A stretch of DNA of 64,000 nt. It comes from Raillietiella orientalis. Lineage: Eukaryota. This document shows, piece by piece, positions 51,810-63,284 of this stretch; position 1 is the stretch's first letter; every line of letters begins with the position of its first letter. Under the pieces are notes generated by a model that did no database searches, had not been told where the DNA came from, and saw nothing but the letters and a program-made list of their open reading frames with translations. The stretch is from contig JAYWIR010000035.1 in NCBI GenBank assembly GCA_036172245.1, positions 868,001-932,000 of the forward strand, written 5' to 3'. Both the position numbers and the translations under genes were made by a program.

Positions 51810-52360
51810 CAGTCGAAGTTCTTAAAGATCTGATTTGTGATAAATCATCTTCTCATAAACATCACATCCCTTCTGGTGAAATGCAGATTTATGCTTGTGC
51901 TCACGCGTTCCAAACCTGCTTGATTCGACAAAAAGTCAGACGTTTATTCGCTTTTTATGATGCTGTCAGCCACATCCAGCAATTTCGAATTTCGCCAGTC
52001 TTCTTCAGAATCAATCAAATGCGTACTGCGACGGGTGGGCTTCTGTAAGATGAGAACGGATTCCATGCCGCGAAGACTGATACAAAAGATGGAGCGGGAA
52101 GCCGAACGAAGATGCAAGAAGAGGAAAGGGTTGAGATATGGTCCGTTACTAACAGTTCACGTCTCATCACGTTGGCGGACGAATTGCACTCGAAGAAGCA
52201 AGCGTTTACCGTGCTGGCTGCATGCGGAGGATATCGCAAGATCTGAAGTGGATGTTTCGGAAGCGCGTGCTCGTCGAATCCAACACCCAAGACACGGCAA
52301 AAAATATTCGTGTTTGGCAGATGCTCATCATCTGCCTTCTCTATGCTGGCACCGATTCGG
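51810..52360 (+). mobile_element. Possible hAT transposase remnant
   Basis: LICDKSS (VTDNAS-like), YACAHAFQ (CxAH) and LLTVHVSSRWRT..RRSKRL (TRWNS-like), in order across a frameshift. Confidence 0.35.
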
Positions 52361-54699
52361 CGCAGCATCCGACACCCTCGTATCATAACACGCTGCGGGA
52401 TACGCATAGCTGCGTGATACGTGTACATGACAAGTTGACACGGTACGTAGGCAAGCGTATATTCATCACAAACACCTGCACGCTTTCAGTGTATGAAGAG
52501 CAAAACATTGTCGAAATAGCAAAGCGGATGTAGCCTTTTTTTTTTGTTGCTGTTTTTTAACGAGGATCCGGTGCATTTCATGAGGCTGGTGTTTTCAATT
52601 TTCCCGTTTCCAGAACCTGTCCACCTTCACTGAGCTATTAGTCCTTAGGAGGATGTTTTTTGCTCCAGACTGAGGACAACAGACGGGCCCACAACTAATT
52701 GAATGAAACAGGCGGAGACACCGGAAGGTAATATTTTTTCAGAGGCCCTCTACTTGAAAACTGAAACATGAACCCTGAGCTGGTTGCTTCGGAATTTCCA
52801 AATCGTTGCCAGGGATACACTTTTCCAGAAAAGCCCTGAAAGTTGGAACTTCCGCGGAACTCACGACTTTTCAGGTTTGTGTTTCGTCTCCTCCCCGTTT
52901 CGGGTCCTTCATCAGAGCACCCAGGAGAGACCAGTCTTCACACCCAAAACTGGTGCGTGGAAGGAGATCCAAGTCGAAAGCGAAGGACTTTTCCAGATCA
53001 GTCAGCTTTTCGCTAGAGAAAAACGAAGCAGCAAAACTTGAATCTCGCTCGTGGTGGCGTCGTCCCCGCTTCAACCTCTAGGTCCGGAGTCCTGTGACCC
53101 TCGACATCTTGGCATCTTCCACTGAGACAGCAGCATCTCTGCTTATGAAGAAAGGATACGCTGAAGTGAATTTGCAGCTCCAAGGACAACTTTGGCTTGG
53201 ATTTCATCTTCTCGAATGTCACAGCGGCACGCGCTCAGAAGGCTTCCCCGCTCAATTCAGATCCCTTCAAGAAAGGCCTCAACAGCGCGCCCGTGAAACT
53301 CCGTATCCGAGGCTACTGCTCTCGGCTCCATTCCTCGAGGGGTGATTCCGAGTGAGCATGAGTTTCCATAGAGGAATGCCATAGGGTCGGATTTTGAGAT
53401 TCTCGCCTCCCCCCATATATCTCCCCCGACCCATTCTCTCCACCAAGAAAGCTGCGCTCAGAAGCAGGACGTCCTCTGCCAAGAGCTTGCCTCTCAAGAA
53501 CTGAGAAGTGGTACCTTCTTCGTCAGAAAACAGCAATAGCCGTTAATCCCGGGGAGCCTCGCTTCTGGCTTTGCAAACTCGAAACAATCACTCGGACTGA
53601 TTCGTAGTCATGGAGGGTCTGGAAGCATCGGTGCATCTTCCCTCCTCACCTGCTTTGAAGCATCCCCTGGAACGCAGTGACCACATGCGCGTCCAAAACA
53701 GAATCGTGTTGCGAAGCGTCTAGAAACGGTCTTGGGGGCAAGATGCAGCTCACAAAGGATGGAAAGGTATTGCTAAATTCACTTGATTCAGAGAGAAACG
53801 TCCCCTGAATGACACGAGAGCGTTCCAGGGAAGAGAACTGGCTGCTGTGAAGAACATCCTAGGAAGCCTCAATCGGTCTCCGGATCCAAAGAAAATTCCG
53901 CCTAGTCACAAAAGCAGTAGATAGACGAAATCATCTTAGAGGACTGAATGAAATAATGAAGCTAGACTGAAGGGGAAAAGATGCTCTCTTGTTTTTGCCG
54001 TCGTCTCTGTGAAGGAGGAGCTTAAAGAAGATACTGGTATTCATCTGAATTCCGCCTCGGACGCTGCTGACCGTCGCTGTTTGCATTCTAGCACTGCGGC
54101 TGTTCGTGCATCTCGGACTCCTTCCGAAAAATCAATTGCGCATCTTTTTTTGAGTCCGCCATAGCCCTCACTCCCGCATTTCTTCCTTTGTCGAGAATCT
54201 CGCGTTTCCTGGAAGCATTTCCCTTCAGCATCCGTCGTTCTTCCCTTTTCTAGAATAGGAGTGATTGGAATGGGAGTGATTACTTAACGGTGCGTTCTTT
54301 CTTTCTTTTTTTTTCCTTCTGGAAATTCTCTTTGGTCACATCTCAACTTAAAGAGGACGAAGCGTCAGCCTGCACTGGTGAAAGGATTCCATGACGCCCG
54401 GAAAAACGAATGTCTTCTGATCAGGAATCGACTCCACCACATTTTCACACACACGAATGCCACCGGCTCCGCGAGAGGCACTTTCACCATTTCCAAGACG
54501 TACTTCTTGTCTGCGCCAACCTGTTTTCCTTTTTTGTTCCATCCCAAGATTCTTCATTTTTGCCAGTCTGCCTGCACTTTATTGCATGCCACTCCCACTG
54601 GATTTTCATTTCCACTTTTGATCTGGTACGAGTGTGAGCGACCCGGCATGGACTTTGGCTCAAAATCCCGAAAATCGAAATTCCGAACCATCTTGAAAA

Positions 54700-55156
54700 T
54701 AAACACCTATCCTATCACACATATTAAGATATAAATTTGCATTTAGATGAACGTATCGGTTGATACCTATTGTAAAGATTATCAAAAATAGACATATGAG
54801 CTTATTATATACATGCATATTTATATATAGGTTATTGCACACATTTATTTAAGCATGAACATGCATATTATTAATAGTAATGTTATTTTAACATAAATAG
54901 TTATTGATCTTTATTAGCATGAAGATTATTGATATAATTTATAATGGTTATCATATATTTTTATGTATGGATAAATATACATCACAAAGATTATAAATAT
55001 TAATACATGTTTATTATGTATTTTAATGTGCATATTGGTATAAAAATTAGCGTACACATTAATAATACATAAATATATGTATTTGTTTACTACATATTTC
55101 AATATATATTTATACGTATAAGAGATACATATATGAAATGAATATATAAATTATAA
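54700..55156. other. Sharply bounded AT-rich island
   Basis: Roughly four-fifths A+T by eye, many TACAT/ATGTA motifs, abrupt return to GC-rich sequence at 55157. Confidence 0.85.
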
Positions 55157-56193
55157 CACACGCCGGGAGTCTTCGCACGCCTGCACCCCGAAACCTCTTC
55201 CTGGTCGGTTGTAGGTGGGAGGGAGTAGACCAACGATTTGGCTTCGAGACGTCGCTTGGAGAGAGTCCATGAAGACCCGGGGAGAAAGGAGCGGTGCTTT
55301 CTCGCTTGAAGAACAATGGATGTTTTGCAGTGTAAAACATCAAACTTTTGGTCTCTTGGCTCCTGAATTTTTTGTCAGTCGCACAAGATTCGTATCTCGC
55401 CCATTCAGGTATCTCTGTCAGCTGTTTCGGAGGCGGTGGCAAAGGATACAGGAAGGTTGCTCGAGAAACGTGATACGAGTGTCCCTCCTGAATAATAGAA
55501 ATACAGGAAGATTTTCCTAGGTGTTGACCGCGGTGTAGCTCCAAACCGTTGCTCTCCATGGAGAATTTTTTTATGCCTTCTCGCCACTGGTTCCATCTAT
55601 CGTTTATTCGACGAAACTTGACTCTTCCCAGGCTTTGCAGCTGAGCAAGAGCTTATTTAACCTAAATCATGTAGCAGAGGCCATTCTATAATGATGGATG
55701 CAATCATGCTGAGACCAGCTTTGGTTCAGACCTCTGATCATTTTGAGAAAAATTTCCCTGCACTTGATTCGAAGTCAGACCTGAGCTCAGAATCCAAAGC
55801 GATGAAAGTTCACTCGGCTATCTCTTATGAACGCACTCTCTGCCCAACATCCTGAAAGGATGCAGATGTGGTAAGGAAAACCGAATCCCACTTTCCATGC
55901 CCGGCAACAACCACACACATGCCATGCAGTACACTTGCTGAGCATTTTATTCAACAGATCCTTCGAACCACATCCTTCCTAGAGAAAATGAAGCACTCTC
56001 CTGGGGAAACAAATGTTCCCAGGAAACTCGGTAACTGATCCAGTGCTAAGAGTAAGCTCTCACGTTTTGCATGCTTCAGGACCTACAACATTCCAGAGGC
56101 TGGAGGTTCAGCAATGTTAAAGTTCAAAACGTAAACACGTGGACGCAAACACTGCAGAGACCCCGTTTCGTATCTTCCCGTCCTCATCTGATC

Positions 56194-57716
56194 CAAAGCT
56201 GGGAAGCAGAAACACAAAGTTCGCCCCCCGAAACAGAGACAAACCTTGAAGACTGCGCCCACGCGACGAGTGCATCAATCCTGGAGACGTGGGTAGACCG
56301 GAGTCCGGCATGAAAACGAAGCGACCGTGACGACGGTCAACCCAGTGCACGAATCGTCTTCGTTATCCCGTGCATGCGACGAACGGGGAACACTGCCACG
56401 CTCCCGCTTCTGCTGCCACGCTGCTCAGCCGGACGCTCTTCAGCGCGTCCATCTTCAACGGGAAACGGGCATTCGGCGGTCTTGCAGAGTCTCGAAAATC
56501 GAGACGGAATGAATGTCCCCCGGCGAACGTCCTTCCTACGACCAACCCGACCGGCATTTCTTTCCAATCACGTGCGCTGGAAGATCAAGTTCGCCCATCT
56601 CGACGCTCTGGCAAAGGTTAGGCGGCAGCGGGTTCCGTTGAGGCTGGAAGCTGCAACGGGAAGTTCGCCCACGTCGGTAGCGCCTTCCTTCCTTCCTTCC
56701 TTCCTTCCTTCCTGCATCGCGACCAACAGATGGAGGCAACAGATGCAGATACCGCTCGCGCCGTTTCTCCCGTCGCAGAGTCTTGAATTCCCGTGCCAAG
56801 ATTTCGCGTTCCGTTCGGCGATGCCCGGCCAGCGGACGGGATGCCGATTCGGGCTGCACGCGTTCCACGATGCAGGCAACCCCGCGGGCGCGTTGTCCTC
56901 CTCAAATGGCGGCAGATCTTTTTTCTTTCTTCAAACGAAATTCCGTCTGTTGCGATGCTTGCGCCTTGCAATTTACCGCACCTTTTTTTTTTTTTCTTTT
57001 TTTTCGTTTTGCTGCTCCCCTCCCTTTGAAAACAGGGACTCGCTCGTTCGTTGGATGCGTAGCTCTTTCGAGCTGCGGACCAGCGTGCAGGTTCGCCCCT
57101 TGGGTTTTTCACGCAAGCAAGGCGGGGGCTTTTCCCACAGACGCGGGAACGGGTGAATCAGGGAACCGCAAGTTTCGTTGCCGCCACCACGAAAAGGACT
57201 GGGTGGACCCCGCTGCACGATGCGGAACGGAAGGGACTCGGGTGAGAACCTCCGGCTGCGTTGAAACGTTCGTCGTTCTGGGCTGCCCGAGACGCTCTTT
57301 GGGGGCTCTCAGATCCAGCGGTGGGACGAGCGAAGGACGGCGGGTGTTCGCTGAACGGCTCTGGGGAAGGCGGAGCGAAGGAAGCGAATCCGGACAGCCG
57401 GCGCCCCGCTTCCCACGCAAAGGAGTGCCTACGCTACCGGGAGCACCCTTCGCGGGATGCTGGGACGATGCGGCGTTGTTCGGGCTCGGAAGCCACCCGC
57501 GGCAGCACCAGGCGGAACGGGTCGGGAAGACTCTGGCGTGTGCCGACATCCAGCTTTCCGGCGACATGTTCTGGAACCGGACCCCCTGGAACACGGACTG
57601 CGAATGTCGCATGGACGGTGTTCTCGTCCGGCCGAGAGGGTGGCGGGGGGGAGCGGAAGGAAACGGTGAACGCTCGCATCCTCCGGACGGTGTAACTCCT
57701 TCCTCCTTAGATGGCG
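56194..57716 (-). repeat. Inverted copy of 14606-16144
   Basis: Near-identical reverse complement lacking the 16-bp segment. Confidence 0.95.
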
Positions 57717-59447
57717 TGGACATCTAAGGAAGAAAGAAATGCTGCACGATTCCACGCATACTGCAAGCTCCACTGCAGGAACTGCAGATGAGAGTAGATA
57801 CGAGTCTGCACATTGCCTTCATTCCGGAAGCCAAGGTCAACAGTGAACAACTCCCCGCCTGTTGATTTCCATACACAGAGCGTCGCGAAAGTGCGGCACA
57901 CCATGTGGGCTGAACCAATGGACTATCAGAGGAAGCTGATGAGCTCCTGATGAGCTCCATCGACGGAATCTGTTGAACTTCCAGTTTTCTAGACACATTC
58001 CTGCTTGTTCACTGTTTTATGGGTTCTATCACTAGCCTATCGTACCTATGAGGCTTTGCCATCCTTCTGACCTGTGTTCCCGTGTGTCGCGTTCCCATCC
58101 ATAAAAATGCGTGCTTCGTACACTCGATAGAAACCAAGACTTGTCCGATGGCGAGTTTTTCCTTGAAGAGCAAGGTGGGACCAAGTGATTAACACTATCC
58201 TTTGAATTTGATAAGATGACAGAGTAGCACCGAACCAGAACTAAGTTCTGAAGCATTTTAATGACTTGCCTAGTGGTGGTAGAGTGGGAACCGAACGTAT
58301 CAGTGGCAGTGGGAGGAACATCAGGGTCTTGTGCTTTGTCTTCTGAGTGCTCTGCTCAGAGATGAATTCAAAAACGGACATGAAATCGTAGAGGTCTGTT
58401 GTCCAGTACCGATGGATTCGCACACAATGAGGAGTCTGCAGCACATGAAACCCAGATTTAAGCACTTTTCCAGTTTTTCTACTCATCCAGTCTGGGTCTG
58501 AGGCTGCACTCATCAACGTACAGTGATAAAGCTCCTTTCCTAAAGTTGTCTTCACGGAAGTTACTGGGCATCTTCGTTTCCTTATTCTTAAAGCTCCTCC
58601 GTATAGCTAACATTGAACCCTCTGGCTTCTGGCATCAGTAAATAAACCCGGAATGTCTTGAGGTAAATCCTGATCAGACCCTCTGAAATTTCCCTCAGGA
58701 AAGAGGGGCCCCAGAGCCGCTCGACAGTTCGATTCGCCTTCCGCCCCAGCGCTCAGCTCTTGCATCCGTTTCGCCCGTCACCATCTCTGCGGACCTCCCC
58801 CAGGGTTTCCTCTGCCTTCGTGCTGGTCCGGCACAGTTCTCCACGGCAACCGTGCAAGAGAGAGTTTAGAGGCTCTTCCGGGGAGCTTCGCCTTGCACTA
58901 GAAACAAAGAGCGTAGTCACCTAGTTATCCTCAGTTGCTTTGATTACTTGTTATATGAGACTGTAAGTAGATTTCCTGATCCAAGACTTCTTCTATTAGC
59001 TTGTGTATTTGAACCTAAGTAAAATTTGCTAATTCTCCAGAATGATGTTGTCGAATTACTGAAACGTTCTCAGGATAATTACTGGAGCTTCCAATGCACA
59101 TGCGAAAAAAGTGGGCACTTGAGCCCATGTATGCTGATAGTAGAGTAGTGATACTGCAGTCTGCGTTTTAAGGACAAGGAATTCCTGAGATGCCATTTTT
59201 CACCTTTGAGCTCAGAAGGGATGGAAAACCTAGAAAAAGTTAGGAGAGAATGGACGAAAATGGGGACTTTTCAGCCCTAGTGGCTTTTACCTTTGGGATA
59301 AACTGAAAATTGTAGTTATCCAAATAGCCTTAACCCTCAGAGACTGAAAACTTTATCCTAAATTGTTACCCATGAAGAAAATTTACAAATAGGATTTCGA
59401 ATGATTACAGAATAAGGAAAAATATATTTAAGTTTATTTATGAGTTT

Positions 59448-59726
59448 TCATGACCGACATGCATCTTTCCAATCAAAAAAGAAAGCAGCGCATTCCGGCT
59501 GCTGCATCGTCTCGAACTTGGAAATTCCATTATGCCCCAAAGTACAGAAACCGATGAATCTTCCGCTACCCAAAGCTTTAATTACATAAGGATACTCCTG
59601 AAGAACGGACTTTGCGGCCATGGCTTGCATATCTTCATAAAAGCTTTGCTTGTCACCTTCAAGTGCATCCTTTCGTTGACTCTTGACCGTGTATTTTATT
59701 AACCTTAGAATGAGTTGATGATCCAC
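59448..59726 (-). CDS. Coding-like fragment of unknown product
   Basis: 92-codon frame with protein-like composition (LILRLIKYTVK...KSVLQEYPYVIKALGSGRFIGFCTLG) in AT-rich surroundings; family not recognised. Confidence 0.25.
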   Translation of the reverse strand: MDHQLILRLIKYTVKSQRKDALEGDKQSFYEDMQAMAAKSVLQEYPYVIKALGSGRFIGFCTLGHNGISKFETMQQPECAAFFFDWKDACRS

Positions 59727-61174
59727 TCCTTGCTAGACTTTTCATTCCTCACATCTTATTTGGAATGATTAGTCATCTTCCGCAAACATTTGAGTCCCAG
59801 TTATCCGAACTTTTCATCGGCATTCCAATGACCGTTTCATTTACTTGTCCTCGATTGATTTGTTAAAATTATCTAACTGAAACCTTTGCCTTTTGATTGC
59901 TCGATTCCATTAACATTGATCTTGGAAACTAATGACCCATTGATTTATCAGGTTAACCCATACCTACTCCTCACTCTTCATCCACAAAAAAACAAATGAG
60001 TAAAATAAGAAAAATAATAAGTAAAAAAAAGAGTATATTATATGTGCTGTCCATTACTGCAATTGGAAACGACTCCACGTTATCGACACAAAGTTAAGCA
60101 ACTCTTGTCTTTAAAATTCAGATTCCATAAAACTGAGCAGACCCTTGTCACGAATCTGATCCTCATTTGGTGATCAGTCATCATTCCTCATCTTACAGGT
60201 GAATGATGCGTACATCAATTACCACCACCTCATTGTACCGTAGCGTTCCAGTAATCTGGACAGCCAAAACGTGGATTATGAATGAGAACTTCATACCATC
60301 ATCAGCTTACCCAGTACTTCAGTGTCTCAGCCTTTTGATACGTCCACTGTGTCCTTAGTTATGGAACCTTCACGAGAGCGATATGCAGCTTGTAATCAGA
60401 GACCTGAGATGAATTACGTGTCAATGTAAATATCTACGTAAAAACCAACGTGGCTAATCGCTTGGTAGCGCTCTTGATTAACCTCTCAAAAATCAGCATA
60501 CTTGTGTGAATGTCAGTAGCAGGAATCAGCAGCCAATCACTGTATTACCGAAAGGTTGCAGACTGCAGCATCAGATTAGATTTTCTCAGAAGATTCTGAG
60601 CTTCTGCGGTCTACCTATCCCATTTCGTTTCTTGCTGAGAACGCTACCAAAAAATAGCTGAGTTAACAAGAGAAAACATCAAGAGGAATAACATAATATC
60701 TTGGCTCCTCTTTCCTTCGTGTTGAGCCCCAAATGTGACTCTCACTGAACTCGTTCCAGTTGTGCTGTCATAAATTCACGTTTTTGTTTTCCTTTAAATA
60801 TTCAAGGTATTTTCCCATTATTCTCCTTCTTTAAAAGAATTTCTTGTTCTTATTTTTCCATCCAACACTGCAATATCATTCACTATTCAGGATTTTTTTT
60901 CCTCCCCATTTTACATTTTCAACATCTCGGGAGTTCTGTTGTGGCTGTTTTGCAGTCTTCATCCCATCTAGCGTCTCTTTGCACAACTGTAAATGAAATA
61001 GCAGCACGGAATGGAGACTCGCAGGCTTTAGTCTTCAAATTGTTCTTATATAGTTATTATGTGTTGAACTTTATATGATCATTCCTTTAGGATGATGGAA
61101 ATCCTTCTTTTCTGTCTTCGCAGTTCTTCGACACGGTTCCATGCCACTCGAAGGTGGGTAATTCTTCAAGATAG

Positions 61175-61958
61175 CTCCGGGAGAGAACTACCCTATGAAT
61201 CCAGGAAGGACTCGGAGTCCGTTCCTCTCACGCCTGGGGAGTAATCCCCGGAAATGGAGATCACCTCCACCCTGGTTGTCTCCGAAGAGAAATCCAGAAG
61301 GGAATCCTTCTTCTTTATTCTCTCCGGAGAAGTCCGGGGGGGTTCGTTCCATTCTTTCTTCTCTGAAGGGAACCCGGAAAGGATTCGATCCTGGAATTTC
61401 TTCTCCGGAGGTATCCCCGTGAGGGATTCGCTCCTGTTTTTACTCCTCTGAAGAGAACCCAGAAGGGACGCTTCCGAAATTCAGAAGGACGCATCTTCCC
61501 CGAAGGGATCGGCTCGCTTCTCTGCACTCTCTGGAGCGGTGGTGGCGACAGACCTACTCCATCAGTACGACGCGGAGAGTCCCCCGGAATTGGGGGTCCA
61601 CTCCTTCACAATCCAGGGGGAAACTTACCCATTCCTTGATCCTTGGAAGGACCTGGAGGTCGACTCCCATTTGTCCCGGTCCTCACCGGGGTCATCCGGT
61701 TTCAACCGCTACCAGTGCCTCATCCGGATGAATGTAGGTCAACCAGCGTCATCTTATAAGACCCACGACGCACTGCGTCGATTCCTTAGGAGTATCCGCA
61801 CCCACGACGCATGGTGCCACGCGCAGAGACCACCGTAGCCACACGGCCTCCGACGCGGGCATCGGAGGACGAAGATGATGGTGGACAGATATCCATCCAG
61901 TGCTCTCTACAGGGTAGGTCCGCTTTGCTCCATGGCAGCATCGTGGCCAGCCCGAGGT
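61175..61958 (-). mobile_element. L1/Tx1-type ORF1 fragment inserted in a host (pseudo)gene
   Basis: GC-rich block; REHWMDICPP..ARVGGRVATVVSARGTMRRGCG resembles ORF1 leading into a zinc knuckle; paralogous to 32840-33530 and 9480-9780. Confidence 0.55.
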
Positions 61959-61960
61959 AG

Positions 61961-62700
61961 GTTAAAGCTGAGATCGACAACTTGGAGTGCCGTGAGTCCT
62001 ATATCAAGAAGTTCCTTTGTGGAGCTGCTTTATATTTATTTGAGATATGTAGGTTGTTACTATTGGAAACTGATCCCTACAGAGTAACTGCTTATTGGTT
62101 TCAATGCCTACATGAAAAGACTATCCTGAAATGACATGGAGAATAGGATTCTAAGCAAAAGAATAAGAACATCTTGTTATAAGGGACAGATTGTTACAGA
62201 ACGGAAGGAGAGACTAAATCTTGAAGAGTACATGTGCTTTCGAGTAGTTGGTCTTTGCTGTAGGGGAAAGGAAATACACAGGACGGTCAAGTCACGTTTT
62301 GGATGGCTACTCGTTATTTCTGTGGATCCTCACGTTTTTCGATCATGTGGGATTTATAGTCCGGACATGGTATTGTGTCATGCTGATTTTTTGCATTTCA
62401 AATTGGGCATCGCTTCGAGCACCCTGGAGCAGGCCATAATTACGATCTTGACTACAGCACCAGTCCTGCAACAGGAAGCCTTAAAGATCGAAGCAATTTT
62501 CAAACTTTTTTTCCACTTCGAATTATTCTATTTTTGGGTATTGTCTCTCACGAAGGCGACTCTAGAAAGTTTTTATTGTCTAGACCTCTGTGGATGGCCT
62601 CTTACTTGGAGACGAACCAGAACATCACCGATTATCTGAAACGCAACCTTGATGATGGATCTCTGAAAGTAAGAGTGCAGGTAACGAATGTGTCGTTGCT
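61961..62700 (+). pseudogene. Disrupted TRAF-like coiled-coil/MATH domain gene
   Basis: KAEIDNLEC|GTGAGT..TAG|CYYWKLI, LDGYSLFLWI, SLRAPWSRP and YLKRNLDDGSLKVRVQV resemble MATH strands; stops and frameshifts present. Confidence 0.4.
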
Positions 62701-63247
62701 TCAGTCGAAGATTAAAGAAATAAAAGAATACCAATGCTATTGCAAAAAGTTCATGCACAACACTCGCATATTGATTTTGGTGTTTTGTTTTGCTCCGACA
62801 TTCCTAAATCAGGGATGAGACGCATCGGAAATACACATGTACCAGAAACGGGATGACCAAGACAGGATGGAAATAGCGATAGCCAATTGAAATTTGCTAT
62901 CTTTTCATAAAAAGATGACTCTGTGGAGAAGGTGGGAGAAGTTCCCTGGTATGAATGAAAACGTAAGCACCGTATGGAACAAAATCATCATCCGTGTCCA
63001 AGTCCTTTTTCCCGATAGTAGTAGCACGAGTTCTTCTAGGAAAACAATTTTGCTTTTTTTCCTTTTGAAGGGGGGAGGGGGAGGGGATCGTAGATGATCT
63101 AACCGGGAAGAACCAACGGGATTGAACGAAAAGCAAAGCTGACCACAAGAAAGCAAGCAGAAGCATGCCTTGGATGCTGAACGATGATGGATGAAGAGTA
63201 AGCCAGCTGAAAAAATGCTGAAAGGATTAGGATGTAATGGGAATGAA

Positions 63248-63284
63248 AACCATTCGAACCGTGACGAGTCCGGTTCGAATGGTT
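63248..63284. repeat. Perfect 14-bp stem hairpin
   Basis: aaccattcgaaccg-tgacgagtc-cggttcgaatggtt. Confidence 0.8.

Noticed and set aside
59330..59960. piggyBac-like element (TTAACCCT)
   Set aside because: No matching inverted terminus found.
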